DNA of 32,000 bases from Thermosulfurimonas dismutans (GCF_001652585.1 NZ_LWLG01000003.1:97838-129837); one strand, 5' to 3'; shown: positions 17,117 through 27,105, counted from the stretch's first letter. Notes: generated from the letters alone by a model not told the origin. Translations and numbers: made by a program.

Positions 17117-17857
17117 ATGACTATTTCGGGATACGAAGATCTGGCGGAATCTTTAGTCTTAGAGATCAAACGTGAGATTGCGGAGAGGTATTTCACCCAT
17201 CGCAAGGTCATTGAGGAAGAGATTGAGGACTATGGGCGAAAGTTGAAGGAGTTTGAAAAGGAGGAGGAGAATCTTTTAAAAGAGCTGATCAGGCTGGCTT
17301 ATATGCTCAGAGACAAAAATCTTTTGAAAAGGTTTGAAGAAATTACCGGAGTTTCCCTGGAGCCATATTATGATGAGTATATTCTTTCCTCCAAAAATAT
17401 AAGGCGCAGACTTTTTAAAGAATTGAAGAGTAAGGGGTTTACTTCTAAAAGGAAATTTATAAAGCTTTTTGAACAAACCTACAAAAGACTTTTAGAGAAA
17501 AACGAAGCATATCGAAAAAAGTTTGACTCTTTGAAGACTCAAGCAGAGCTCATCGAACAGGACATAAAAGAGTTCAATAAGGAGTATGATCTTGGAAGTA
17601 TCTTTTCCTTTTTGGGATCCTTGGGGGAAAGGGTACCCTCTGAGATAGCCGGCATTGAAGAGAAAGATAAGGTTATCGAAAGTCTTGGGACTCAATTGCA
17701 ATTTCCTAAAATTCGCCCCCCGGAGGAAAAATTTGTCCATTTAGGGACCTTGCCTTCTTGGAAGGAAGTGGGTAGCGAACTTTTAGGATTGGCCAAAGAA
17801 GCTTACAGACGCCATACCGGAGAAGCTAAGGAGATCCTTGAGGTCCTCTCTTCTTAG
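17117..17857 (+). CDS. Hypothetical protein, Lys/Glu-rich, probably helical or coiled-coil
   Basis: 246-aa ORF starting 3 nt after the kinase stop, with AAGG 7 nt upstream. It overlaps the tilS start by 20 nt. I recognise no family. Confidence 0.6.
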   Translation: MTISGYEDLAESLVLEIKREIAERYFTHRKVIEEEIEDYGRKLKEFEKEEENLLKELIRLAYMLRDKNLLKRFEEITGVSLEPYYDEYILSSKNIRRRLFKELKSKGFTSKRKFIKLFEQTYKRLLEKNEAYRKKFDSLKTQAELIEQDIKEFNKEYDLGSIFSFLGSLGERVPSEIAGIEEKDKVIESLGTQLQFPKIRPPEEKFVHLGTLPSWKEVGSELLGLAKEAYRRHTGEAKEILEVLSS

Positions 17858-19196
17858 AACCGTCAAAAAGACTATTGAACGATATGGTCTTCTTTCTCCT
17901 GGAGACAGGGTTTTAGTGGCGGTCTCCGGGGGAGTGGATTCCATGGTTTTGCTAGAGGTGCTCTACCTGCTAAGGAAGGAATACGACCTCAGGCTGTGGG
18001 TGGCCCATTACGATCACAGATGGCGTAAAGATTCTTTAAAGGATGCCCTCTTTGTTTATCGCCAGGCCCAAGAGAAAGGATTGCCTTTTATTTATGGTGT
18101 AGCCCCGGTCAAGGAATATGCCCGGAGAGAAAAGATTAGTCTGGAGATGGCTGGCCGAGAATTGCGTTATCGCTTTTTTGAAAGGCTTTATAACCTCCTT
18201 GATCTCCAGAAGATCGCCTTAGCCCATCATGCCGACGATCTGGCCGAGGAGGTTTTGCTCAAGTTTATTCGCGGAGCCGGCAGAAGAGGGCTTGCCGGTA
18301 TCCCTATCAAAAGAGAGGCTCACCTCATAAGACCTCTTCTTCTGGTTACCAAAGAGGAAATCGAAGTCTTTGCCAGGGAGTGGGGACTTTCTTGGGTAGA
18401 GGACGAGAGCAATCAGGATGTCCGTTTCTTACGCAATCGGGTAAGGCATCTCTTGATTCCTTTTCTCGAAAGACATTTTCACCGAAAGGTTAGGGAAAAC
18501 CTCAAGCGTACGGCCCTTATCTTGGCCGAGGAGGAGGAACTAATTGAGGACTTGGCCCGGAAGGCTTATGAAAAGGCCCTGGTGCGTAAACCACAGATCG
18601 CTTTAAGGGTCCCGGTGCTCAAAGATATACCGCCGGCTCTAAGGCGTCGGGTTTTTTGGTTGGCCCTAAGGGAAGCTGGAGTGTCCCTTTTTCGAATGCG
18701 TCAAAGTCATCTTGAGGCTCTGAACAACCTGATTTCCGGCAAGGCTAGAGGGCCAGTGCCCCTTCCCGGAAATTTTCAGGCCATCAGGGGACCGGGGTTC
18801 ATACGCTTTGTTCCAAAACCTGCGCTTTTTTCTCCGTTCGTTTTAAAGATTCCTGGACCGGGGAGATACTCCTTGCCTATCGGAGGGGAGGTCATTTTAG
18901 AGATCAAGACCCGCTGTTCTCCACGAGACATTAAATTGAAGCTTGAGAAGGTTTCTTTTCCCATCATCATCCGAAACCGCCAACCAGGGGATCGCATTTA
19001 TTGGCCGGCGGTAGGGCACAAAAAGCTCAAGAAATTTTTCTGGGAGAAGGGTCTTACGGCCGAAGAAAGGGATCGGATACCTATAATTGAGATTGACGGT
19101 CGAATCGTGGCTATCCCAGGATACTATGTCCATCCGGAATACAAGGCTTCTTCTGAGGAAGAAGGGCTTTGTTTAAGCTTTCAAAAGATTGCCTGA
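17838..19196 (+). CDS. tilS: tRNA(Ile)-lysidine synthetase
   Basis: The PP-loop VLVAVSGGVDSMVLL is present, and the C-terminal TilS substrate domain pattern reads GDRIYW..GHKKLKKFF.EKG. TTG start. Confidence 0.85.
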   Translation: MRSSLLRTVKKTIERYGLLSPGDRVLVAVSGGVDSMVLLEVLYLLRKEYDLRLWVAHYDHRWRKDSLKDALFVYRQAQEKGLPFIYGVAPVKEYARREKISLEMAGRELRYRFFERLYNLLDLQKIALAHHADDLAEEVLLKFIRGAGRRGLAGIPIKREAHLIRPLLLVTKEEIEVFAREWGLSWVEDESNQDVRFLRNRVRHLLIPFLERHFHRKVRENLKRTALILAEEEELIEDLARKAYEKALVRKPQIALRVPVLKDIPPALRRRVFWLALREAGVSLFRMRQSHLEALNNLISGKARGPVPLPGNFQAIRGPGFIRFVPKPALFSPFVLKIPGPGRYSLPIGGEVILEIKTRCSPRDIKLKLEKVSFPIIIRNRQPGDRIYWPAVGHKKLKKFFWEKGLTAEERDRIPIIEIDGRIVAIPGYYVHPEYKASSEEEGLCLSFQKIA

Positions 19197-19249
19197 TTCT
19201 TTTGTTTTTTTTAAAATAGCTTTTTAGTTGAAGCCGTGAGGTCTGAGTT

Positions 19250-21052
19250 TTGATCGATATCTGGAAAAAGGTAGGGATAGCAAGTTTTGGTCTCCTGCTT
19301 GTCTTTTTTTTGGTGGTTTTTTTCTATCCCTCCTCTCAGGACAACTTGAGTTATAACTTGTTTTTGGACGAGGTTAGGGCTGGAAAGGTCAAGGAAGTCG
19401 TTTTCAAGGGGCGCCAAATAGAAGTCCTGACCACCAAAGGCAAAAAGTATACCGTATATGCCCCAGAAGATCCGGAACTTATTCCCTTTTTGAAAAGGTA
19501 TCTGGTCGAAGTTTATGTCAAAAAATCCGGGTTGGATTTTTTTTCTTTCGAAATGCTTTTTTTGATAGTGATAGGAATATTCTTACTAATCCTCTTGATT
19601 TCTTCTAGACCGGTTTCGCCCTCCTCCAAATTGTTTTCCTTTGTGCGTAGCCGGGCTCGCTTGGTGCGTCCGGAAGAGGTAAAAATCCGTTTCGAAGACG
19701 TGGCTGGGGTGGAGGAGGCCAAGGAAGAACTCAAAGAAGTGGTTGAATTTTTGAAGGATCCTCAAAAGTTTGCCAGGCTAGGCGGACGGATGCCCAAGGG
19801 TATTCTTCTGGTCGGGCCGCCAGGTACAGGGAAGACCCTTCTAGCCAAAGCCATTGCCGGGGAGGCCGGGGTGCCTTTTTTCAGCATCAGCGGTTCGGAT
19901 TTCGTAGAGATGTTCGTAGGGGTAGGGGCGGCCCGGGTACGAGATCTTTTTACTCAGGCCAAGAAACACGCCCCCTGTATCATCTTTATCGATGAGATAG
20001 ACGCCGTAGGACGCCACCGAGGAATTGGGGTCGGCGGGGGACATGAGGAGAGGGAGCAGACTCTCAATCAGTTATTGGTCGAGATGGATGGTTTTGAATC
20101 CCAAGAGGGAATTGTGGTGATAGCGGCTACCAACCGTCCGGACATTTTGGATCCGGCCCTGCTGCGTCCCGGTCGTTTCGATCGTCGGATAGAGGTTCCT
20201 CCTCCAGACTTAAAGGGCCGGGAGGCCATTCTGAGAGTGCATGCCCGCAAGATACCACTGGCCAAAGAAGTTGATCTTTCTCTGGTTGCGAAAGGTACCC
20301 CTGGTTTTACCGGAGCCGATCTTGCCAATCTTTTGAATGAGGCGGCTTTAATAGCGGCTCGACAGGGTAAATCCCAGGTGGAAATGGAGGATATAGAAAA
20401 GGCTAAAGACAAACTCCTTCTGGGAAGCGAAAGGAAGGGTATCGTCATAAGTGAAGAAGAAAAACAGCTTTCGGCCTATCACGAAGCCGGTCATGCCCTC
20501 ATAGCTTACCTCCTTCCGGGGACAGATCCCGTTTATAAAATTTCTATTATTCCTCGAGGGAGGGCCTTAGGGGTTATCCAACAACTCCCTTTAGATGAAC
20601 GCCACGTATATTCTAAGGATTACCTTTTGAAAAAAATTATGGTCCTTTTGGGAGGAAGGGTGGCCGAGGAATATGTTTTCGGACAGGCCACCACCGGTGC
20701 GGGAGATGATCTGGAAAAGGCTACCGAGATTGCCAGAAAGATGGTTTGCGAGTGGGGCATGAGCAATAGGCTAGGGCCCTGTACTTTTCCCCATCGGGAG
20801 CCCGGACTGCTTTCGGGACGAGATTATACGGACCTTCGGGCTTATAGCGAGGAGACGGCCCGTGAGATAGATGAGGAAATCAAGAAAATCGTTCGCGCGT
20901 GTTATGAGAAGGATCGGGAATTACTAGCCAAGAATATTAAATACCTTCATATCTTGGCCGAGACCCTTTTGGAGGTAGAAACTATCGACGGCGAGGGCTT
21001 GAAAGAACTCTTGAAGGATTTGAGGCCTCTAGAAAATGTTGAGATCGCTTAG
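19250..21052 (+). CDS. ftsH: ATP-dependent zinc metalloprotease FtsH
   Basis: There are two N-terminal TM segments, Walker A GPPGTGKT, the SRH region [20 protein letters not shown] and the zinc site HEAGHAL. TTG start with GAGG 8 nt upstream. Confidence 0.95.
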   Translation: MIDIWKKVGIASFGLLLVFFLVVFFYPSSQDNLSYNLFLDEVRAGKVKEVVFKGRQIEVLTTKGKKYTVYAPEDPELIPFLKRYLVEVYVKKSGLDFFSFEMLFLIVIGIFLLILLISSRPVSPSSKLFSFVRSRARLVRPEEVKIRFEDVAGVEEAKEELKEVVEFLKDPQKFARLGGRMPKGILLVGPPGTGKTLLAKAIAGEAGVPFFSISGSDFVEMFVGVGAARVRDLFTQAKKHAPCIIFIDEIDAVGRHRGIGVGGGHEEREQTLNQLLVEMDGFESQEGIVVIAATNRPDILDPALLRPGRFDRRIEVPPPDLKGREAILRVHARKIPLAKEVDLSLVAKGTPGFTGADLANLLNEAALIAARQGKSQVEMEDIEKAKDKLLLGSERKGIVISEEEKQLSAYHEAGHALIAYLLPGTDPVYKISIIPRGRALGVIQQLPLDERHVYSKDYLLKKIMVLLGGRVAEEYVFGQATTGAGDDLEKATEIARKMVCEWGMSNRLGPCTFPHREPGLLSGRDYTDLRAYSEETAREIDEEIKKIVRACYEKDRELLAKNIKYLHILAETLLEVETIDGEGLKELLKDLRPLENVEIA

Positions 21053-21881
21053 TATTAGGGGAAAGATTTTTGAGTGGGGAAGACGTACCTATTTGATGGG
21101 GATTCTAAACGTTACCCCGGATTCTTTTTCTGATGGCGGCCAATTTTATCAAAAAGAAGCGGCCTTAAGGCAGGCCGAAAGGCTTATCAAAGAAGGGGCC
21201 GATATCCTGGATATTGGGGGCGAGTCCACTAGACCCTTTGCTAAACCGGTCCCAGAAGAAGAAGAGTTGCGCAGGGTTATTCCGGTGATAGAGGCCATCA
21301 GGCGAGAATTTCCTGAAATTCCGATTTCGGTGGACACCTATAAGGCCCGGGTGGCCGAAGAGGCCCTTTTAGTCGGCGCGGACATTGTAAACGACGTGAG
21401 TGCTTTAAGGTTTGATCCCGGAATGCCAGAAGTAATTCGTAAATATCGTCCTCCGGTGGTTCTCATGCATATGAAGGGCACTCCTCAGACCATGCAGATG
21501 GACCCTAAGTATGAAGACGTATTGGGAGAGATAAAGACCTTTCTCAAGGAGAGGGCTCAACTGGCCCTTTCTTTAGGGCTCGCCCCGGAAAAGGTCATTC
21601 TTGATCCCGGGATCGGATTTGGGAAAAGGTTCGAGGACAACCTCAGACTTATCAGAGAAATTTCGGTTTTTCGGGAGTTGGGCTATCCGGTTCTTCTCGG
21701 GCCTTCCCGCAAGTCTTTTCTAGGGGAGATTTTAGGGAAGGAGGCCCGCCTGAGGGATGCTGGCACCGCTGCGGTGGTGGCCTATGGGGTCCTTCAGAAG
21801 GTGGATATTGTGAGGGTACACAATGTGGAGATGTGCAAGGATGTCATAAGGGTGATAGAGGCCCTTATAAGGGAGCCTTAA
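21036..21881 (+). CDS. folP: Dihydropteroate synthase
   Basis: MGILNVTPDSFSDGG, DIGGESTRP and DPGIGFGK motifs are present. Confidence 0.9.
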   Translation: MLRSLSIRGKIFEWGRRTYLMGILNVTPDSFSDGGQFYQKEAALRQAERLIKEGADILDIGGESTRPFAKPVPEEEELRRVIPVIEAIRREFPEIPISVDTYKARVAEEALLVGADIVNDVSALRFDPGMPEVIRKYRPPVVLMHMKGTPQTMQMDPKYEDVLGEIKTFLKERAQLALSLGLAPEKVILDPGIGFGKRFEDNLRLIREISVFRELGYPVLLGPSRKSFLGEILGKEARLRDAGTAAVVAYGVLQKVDIVRVHNVEMCKDVIRVIEALIREP

Positions 21882-22673
21882 ATGGAATTCTGGCCCTTCT
21901 GGAAGTTTTTACGCTGGCAGGACGTTTTGGACATCCTGATAGTGGCCTATCTTTTTTACCGCATCCTTCTTCTCATTCGTGGGACGCGGGCGGTTCAGAT
22001 GGCTGCCGGCTTGAGCGTAATCGTGGTCATGTATTTTTTAGCCGGAGAACTCAAGCTCCTCACCCTTCACTGGCTTCTCGGAACCTTTATGTCTTCCATC
22101 TTTCTGGTGGTGGTTATCATCTTTCAGGAAGATATCCGCCGGGCCCTCATTCACATGGGCCGATCTCCGTTTGTGAGGGTTCAGACCGAATATTCCCAAG
22201 TGATCGAAGAAGTGGTCAAAGCCGTAAGTTTTATGGCGGAAAAAAAAATCGGAGCCATTATCGTCTTTGAAAGAGAGACAGGACTTAACGAGTTTATCGA
22301 ATCGGGTATTCCGGTAGAGGCCCGTGTTAACCGAGATCTCCTGATAAGTATTTTTCATCCCACCTCCCCTCTGCACGACGGAGCGGTCATTATTCGAGAG
22401 GGACGTCTGCTGGCCGCTTCTGTGATCCTTCCTCTTTCGACCAACCCCCATATAGGTCGAGGGCTCGGTACCAGGCACCGGGCGGCCATCGGTATCACAG
22501 AGGTAAGCGATGCGGTTTCAGTGGTGGTCTCCGAAGAGACCGGAGCTATTTCTCTGGCGGTGGGAGGGAAGATAACCCGGGACATTTCCGCTCCCACTTT
22601 GAGGAAGATGCTTTCCGAATTTTTGGGATTTCATTCCATAGAACCCTGGTGGCGGAGAAAGATCTTTAAATGA
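21882..22673 (+). CDS. cdaA: Diadenylate cyclase CdaA (c-di-AMP synthase), membrane-anchored
   Basis: Three N-terminal TM helices precede a DAC domain with DGAVIIREGRLLAA and GTRHRAA motifs. The start codon directly follows the folP stop. Confidence 0.85.
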   Translation: MEFWPFWKFLRWQDVLDILIVAYLFYRILLLIRGTRAVQMAAGLSVIVVMYFLAGELKLLTLHWLLGTFMSSIFLVVVIIFQEDIRRALIHMGRSPFVRVQTEYSQVIEEVVKAVSFMAEKKIGAIIVFERETGLNEFIESGIPVEARVNRDLLISIFHPTSPLHDGAVIIREGRLLAASVILPLSTNPHIGRGLGTRHRAAIGITEVSDAVSVVVSEETGAISLAVGGKITRDISAPTLRKMLSEFLGFHSIEPWWRRKIFK

Positions 22674-23317
22674 GGCGCAGAAGAAAAAAAGATTTGTTTC
22701 TGAAATTTCTCGCCCTCTTTTTTGCCTTTCTACTGTGGTTTTTTGTAGTTCTTCAGGATAAGATAGAACGAGAACTTCCCTTGAAGCTGGTTTTTCGAAA
22801 CCTGCCTCCCAACACCCTTTTACTTAACGTGAAACCATCCACCTTTCGCCTCAAAGTTATCGGTCCTAGGAGTATCATGAGGAGTCTTTCCGGGGAGCCC
22901 TTGATCCTTAGTCTAGATCTTTCCCGTTATCCCCCTGGGCGACACATTCTGAGGATTCCTCCCGAAAATGTAAAACTTCCTTCGGGATTGAAGCCTATAG
23001 AAGTTATTCCTCAAGAGGCCGAGATCTTGTTAGATTCTGTGATTCAGAAGTGGATCAAAGTGAAAGTGGACCTCAGAGGTGAGTTACCGGAGGGTTTCAA
23101 GGTCAAAGAGGTGAGGATAAGACCTGCTAGTGTAAGGATAAAGGGAGCCCGAACTGTACTTCGAGATCTGAAGTTCCTTTACACGGCTCCGGTATATCTT
23201 TCAGAAAGACGGGAATCCTTTAAGCTGGAGGTACTTCTCTCTATTCCGGAAGGTATAGTAGAAGTTTATCCTGAGAGGGTCCAAGTAGTAGTCAAAATTG
23301 GGAGGAAGGAACCATGA
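22670..23317 (+). CDS. cdaR: CdaR-like regulator (YbbR-domain protein) with an N-terminal TM anchor
   Basis: Its position between cdaA and glmM, the single N-terminal TM segment and repetitive beta-rich YbbR-like segments support the call. ATGA overlaps occur at both ends. Confidence 0.6.
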   Translation: MRRRRKKDLFLKFLALFFAFLLWFFVVLQDKIERELPLKLVFRNLPPNTLLLNVKPSTFRLKVIGPRSIMRSLSGEPLILSLDLSRYPPGRHILRIPPENVKLPSGLKPIEVIPQEAEILLDSVIQKWIKVKVDLRGELPEGFKVKEVRIRPASVRIKGARTVLRDLKFLYTAPVYLSERRESFKLEVLLSIPEGIVEVYPERVQVVVKIGRKEP

Positions 23318-24660
23318 ATCTTTTTGGCACCGATGGCATAAGAGGCGAGGCCAATCGCTATCCGGTCACTCCGGAGGTGGCCCTCAAGGTGGGGCTGGCT
23401 GTAGGTTATCTATTTCGCAATCAAGGTTATCATCGGCGTATAATCGTGGGCAAGGACACTCGACTTTCCGGATATATGCTAGAGATGGCCCTTTCGGCTG
23501 GCATCCTATCCATGGGAGCGGAAGCCTGGCTGGTAGGGCCCATGCCTACTCCGGCCATCGCCTTCCTTACTCGAGATCTTCGGGCTGAAGCCGGCGTGGT
23601 CATTTCAGCCTCTCACAATCCCTTTTACGACAACGGTATCAAGATATTTGGAGCGGATGGCTTCAAACTTTCGGATGAACTTGAGGCCCGGATTGAAGCC
23701 CTGCTTGAAGATGAGGTTTTGGAACAAGAAAAGGCCTTAGGGAAGGAATTGGGTAAGGCCCGCCGGATAGAGGACGCCCGGGGGCGTTACATGGTACATC
23801 TCAAGAAGGCCTTTCCTGAAAGACTAGACCTTGAGGGCTTGAAGGTGGTGGTGGATTGTGCTCACGGAGCTACCTACCGTATAGCCCCCGAACTTCTTGA
23901 GGAACTAGGGGCTAAGGTGATAAGGATGGGCTGTGAACCCAATGGAGTGAACATCAATGATGGTTGTGGGGCTCTACATCCCGATGGTCTGCGAGAAAGG
24001 GTCCTTTCAGAGGGGGCCGATCTGGGGCTGGCCTTTGACGGAGATGGAGATCGGCTGGTGTTGGTGGATGAAAAAGGGGGGGTGGTGGATGGCGATCAAA
24101 TCATGGCCCTATGCGCTCTGTTCTTAAAGGAAGAGGGGGCCCTAAGGAAGAATACCGTGGTGGCCACGGTGATGAGCAATCTCGGATTTGAGAAGTTTCT
24201 TTCGAGGCACGGCATAAAGTTGGTGAGAACACAGGTTGGAGACCGGTATGTAGTGGAGGAAATGCGGCGAGGAGGCTATTGCCTAGGCGGAGAACAGTCC
24301 GGCCACATCGTTTTTTTGGATCACAATACCACCGGCGACGGCATCCTTACAGCCCTTAAAGTTCTAGCTATTTTAAAGATCAAAGAAAGACCGGCTTCGG
24401 AAGTGTTCCGACTCTTTGAAAGGATGCCCCAGGTACTAAAGAACGTAAAGGTAAAAGTGAAAAAACCGCTGGACGAGATAGAAGGCCTCAGTGAAAAAGT
24501 TAGGAGTATAAAAGAAATGTTGGGTGATAAAGGAAGAATTCTAGTTAGGCCCTCCGGAACCGAGCCCAAATATCGAGTCATGGTGGAGGGAGAAGACAGG
24601 GGTTTTATTGAAGAGTTAGCTGAAGAAGTGGCGGATTTCATAAAGCAAAGATTATGTTGA
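23314..24660 (+). CDS. glmM: Phosphoglucosamine mutase
   Basis: MNLFGTDGIRG, the active-site loop ISASHNPFYDNGIK, DGDGDR and GGEQSGH motifs are present. Confidence 0.95.
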   Translation: MNLFGTDGIRGEANRYPVTPEVALKVGLAVGYLFRNQGYHRRIIVGKDTRLSGYMLEMALSAGILSMGAEAWLVGPMPTPAIAFLTRDLRAEAGVVISASHNPFYDNGIKIFGADGFKLSDELEARIEALLEDEVLEQEKALGKELGKARRIEDARGRYMVHLKKAFPERLDLEGLKVVVDCAHGATYRIAPELLEELGAKVIRMGCEPNGVNINDGCGALHPDGLRERVLSEGADLGLAFDGDGDRLVLVDEKGGVVDGDQIMALCALFLKEEGALRKNTVVATVMSNLGFEKFLSRHGIKLVRTQVGDRYVVEEMRRGGYCLGGEQSGHIVFLDHNTTGDGILTALKVLAILKIKERPASEVFRLFERMPQVLKNVKVKVKKPLDEIEGLSEKVRSIKEMLGDKGRILVRPSGTEPKYRVMVEGEDRGFIEELAEEVADFIKQRLC

Positions 24661-24788
24661 GTTCAATTCCTAAATTTCTTTGGTGGTTGGGAGCCCTATT
24701 TCTCTTAGGTGGAGTTTTTCTCGGAGGTTATAAATTTGTCTTTTCGCGAGCGATAAGTCTTTGCCTTTCTTGCATGGGGCTTCAATGA
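24654..24788 (+). CDS. Candidate 44-aa small membrane protein with C-terminal CxxC (absent from the ORF track, below its size cut-off)
   Basis: My own translation is [44 protein letters not shown]. The ATG overlaps the glmM stop (ATGTTGA), and the stop overlaps the next gene's ATG (ATGA). It has one clear hydrophobic helix. Confidence 0.35.
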   Translation: MLSSIPKFLWWLGALFLLGGVFLGGYKFVFSRAISLCLSCMGLQ

Positions 24789-25735
24789 GAAAGAGAATTT
24801 TCATTCAGTTTCTATTTGCCTTATGGGCGAATTCCTATTTTGGTTTTCTCATAAAAGGGGGAATTTATACCGGGAAATTAAAAAACTTGTGTTTCCCTGG
24901 GCTTAACTGTTATTCCTGCCCTCTGGCTATCATGGCCTGTCCCCTGGGAGTTCTTCAGCACGTGATGGGCACTTTGAGGGCCTTACCCCAGGTAGCCTTA
25001 AAGGCTGCTCTTTATGTCCTAGGGACTTTCCTTTTTTATGGCCTTTTTTTGGGAAGATTTATTTGTGGCTGGATTTGTCCTTTTGGTTTTTTACAAGAAC
25101 TCTTGTATAGAGTGCCAAGCCCCAAAATAAGTCTCCCTAGAGCCACTAGAAATATCAAAATTTTGCTCCTAATTTTCTTGGTCTTGTTGTTGCCTTTGGT
25201 TCTACAGGGAGAGGCCGGCTATGGAGAGGTTTGGTTCTGCCGGCTCTTCTGTCCGGCAGGAACCTTGGAGGCTGGTTTTCTTAATCTTCTAATAGAACCC
25301 CAATTGAGAACTCTTATTGGTTTAGTCTTTTACTGGAAGACCTTTCTCCTAGGGATTATATTTTTAGGATCCATAACGTATTTTCGTTTCTTTTGCAAAC
25401 TGTTTTGCCCTTTAGGATTGATCTATGGGTTCTTTAATAAGGTAGGGCTTTTCAGACTTAGATGGCAAGAAGAAAAGTGTATTCGATGCGGAATCTGCGA
25501 AAAGTTTTGTCCTATGGAATTAAAAATTCCGAAAGAATTGAATAGTAAAGAATGTATTCGATGTTTAAATTGCTTAAATAGCTGTCCCACTAAATCAATA
25601 GTCCTTAATACCTCTTTTCGGTTTGAAAAGGAACTTGACTTTATCCCTTTATCTGTTGCAGAAATGAGATATGAGACCAGACGGAAGGAAACCAGAGGAA
25701 CTCCGTCCCGTAAAAATCATTCCAAATTTTCTTAA
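24785..25735 (+). CDS. Membrane-bound polyferredoxin, NapH/MauN-like 4Fe-4S binding protein
   Basis: Four membrane-embedded Cys motifs ([36 protein letters not shown]) are followed by two ferredoxin motifs, [12 protein letters not shown] and [13 protein letters not shown] prefer ATG 24785 (GGGG 5 nt upstream) over the track's TTG at 24761. Confidence 0.75.
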   Translation: MRKRIFIQFLFALWANSYFGFLIKGGIYTGKLKNLCFPGLNCYSCPLAIMACPLGVLQHVMGTLRALPQVALKAALYVLGTFLFYGLFLGRFICGWICPFGFLQELLYRVPSPKISLPRATRNIKILLLIFLVLLLPLVLQGEAGYGEVWFCRLFCPAGTLEAGFLNLLIEPQLRTLIGLVFYWKTFLLGIIFLGSITYFRFFCKLFCPLGLIYGFFNKVGLFRLRWQEEKCIRCGICEKFCPMELKIPKELNSKECIRCLNCLNSCPTKSIVLNTSFRFEKELDFIPLSVAEMRYETRRKETRGTPSRKNHSKFS

Positions 25736-26393
25736 ATATGCTGAGGGTTCTGCTCTGATAGAACTTGGGGATACCAAGGTCTTGTGTGCGGTCTCCGTAG
25801 AAGATAAGGTCCCTTCTTTTCTAAGAGATACTGGGACAGGCTGGATTACGGCCGAATATGCTCTTCTTCCCCGTTCAACCGAGACCCGTACCCCGCGGGA
25901 GACGCTTGGTCGTAAAGGGCGTTCTCAGGAAATTCAACGTCTTATAGGAAGGAGTCTTCGGGCAGTGGTCGATCTTCAGGCTCTTGGAGAGAGGACCTTT
26001 TGGGTTGATTGCGACGTACTCCAGGCCGATGGCGGCACACGTACGGCGGCGATCACAGGGGCTTTTGTGGCCCTGAGGTTGGCCGTAAATCGTCTTCTTT
26101 CTCAAGGAATACTCGAAAGGGATCCGGTCAAAACCCACCTTGCAGCTGTGAGTTGCGGAGTTGTGGGGGGTGAGGTAGTAGTAGACCTTGCTTTTGAGGA
26201 AGATGTGGTGGCGGAAGTGGATGCCAATTTCGTGATGACCGAGGAGGGAGAATGGGTGGAGATTCAGGCCACTGGCGAGAAGGGCCCTTTTTCTTGGAAA
26301 ACCTTTGAGGAAATGAAGACCCTTGCGGCTTCGGCCATCGAAAAGCTCATTAAAATTCAGAAAGAGGTGTTGGCATGCGAAGAAAAACTTTAG
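25671..26393 (+). CDS. rph: Ribonuclease PH
   Basis: [16 protein letters not shown], the motif YALLPRST..R and [16 protein letters not shown] are present. Confidence 0.9.
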   Translation: MRPDGRKPEELRPVKIIPNFLKYAEGSALIELGDTKVLCAVSVEDKVPSFLRDTGTGWITAEYALLPRSTETRTPRETLGRKGRSQEIQRLIGRSLRAVVDLQALGERTFWVDCDVLQADGGTRTAAITGAFVALRLAVNRLLSQGILERDPVKTHLAAVSCGVVGGEVVVDLAFEEDVVAEVDANFVMTEEGEWVEIQATGEKGPFSWKTFEEMKTLAASAIEKLIKIQKEVLACEEKL

Positions 26394-26989
26394 TGCTGGC
26401 TACCAAGAACCAGGGAAAGATCCGGGAGCTAAAGACCCTTCTCAAAGATCTGCCTTTAAAAATTCTTACTCCGGAGGATTTTCCAGAGATAAAGTCTCCA
26501 GAGGAGATAGGACAGTCATTCTTTGACAATGCTTTTCTCAAGGCTAGGCATTGGGCTTTGGCTACGGGGCAACTAGCCCTAGCGGATGATTCCGGGCTTG
26601 AGGTGGATGCCTTGAGAGGGGCGCCTGGAATATATTCGGCCCGTTATGCAGGTCCCTCAGCCACGGACGAGGAGAATATCCGAAAGCTCCTTGAGGAAAT
26701 GAAAGATGTGCCTTGGGAGAATCGGACAGGCAGATTCCGATGTGTGATTATCATTTATCATCCCTCAGGGCGTTGGCTTAAGGCTGAAGGGGTTTGGGAG
26801 GGATTGATTGCTACTTCCCCGCGAGGGGAAGAGGGATTTGGTTACGATCCGGTGTTTTTACCCCTGGAGTTCGATTTCAGAAAGACCGCGGCTGAGATCT
26901 CTCCAGAGACCAAAAACCGGTTAAGTCATCGTGGAAGGGCCCTTGCGGCTCTCATTGAACTTCTTCCCGATTTCCTACAAGCCCTGTAA
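26375..26989 (+). CDS. rdgB: Non-canonical purine NTP pyrophosphatase (RdgB/HAM1 family)
   Basis: [40 protein letters not shown] and SHR motifs are present. It sits in the conserved rph-rdgB pairing. Confidence 0.9.
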   Translation: MRRKTLVLATKNQGKIRELKTLLKDLPLKILTPEDFPEIKSPEEIGQSFFDNAFLKARHWALATGQLALADDSGLEVDALRGAPGIYSARYAGPSATDEENIRKLLEEMKDVPWENRTGRFRCVIIIYHPSGRWLKAEGVWEGLIATSPRGEEGFGYDPVFLPLEFDFRKTAAEISPETKNRLSHRGRALAALIELLPDFLQAL

Positions 26990-27001
26990 AATAGAATCAG
27001 A

Positions 27002-27078
27002 CGGGGCGTAGCGCAGCCTGGCAGCGCACCTGCCTTGGGAGCAGGGGGTCGGCGGTTCAAATCCGCCCGCCCCGACCA
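27002..27078 (+). tRNA. tRNA-Pro (anticodon UGG), CCA encoded
   Basis: Hand-folded cloverleaf. The acceptor CGGGGCG pairs with CGCCCCG, the anticodon stem CCTGC pairs with GCAGG, and the loop is CTTGGGA (anticodon TGG). The T-arm is GGCGG-TTCAAAT-CCGCC, followed by discriminator A and CCA. Confidence 0.9.
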
Positions 27079-27105
27079 ATATTCCATTTCCCCCCGATTT
27101 CGGTA

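Noticed and set aside
21761-23330. TGGCAC hexamers (21761-21766 and 23325-23330) as possible sigma54 promoters for the NtrC-type regulator
   Set aside because: Both lie inside coding sequence (folP and the first codons of glmM). Neither has the GC dinucleotide at the required GG-N10-GC spacing. I found no convincing sigma54 promoter in the window, so the regulon is probably elsewhere.
24761-24784. TTG start at 24761 for the polyferredoxin, as in the ORF track
   Set aside because: ATG at 24785 has a GGGG purine tract 5 nt upstream and yields a typical positively charged N-terminus (MRKRIF) before the first TM helix. The upstream TTG adds MPFLHGAS, encoded in overlap with the CxxC end of the candidate micro-ORF. 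It is not excluded, only less likely.
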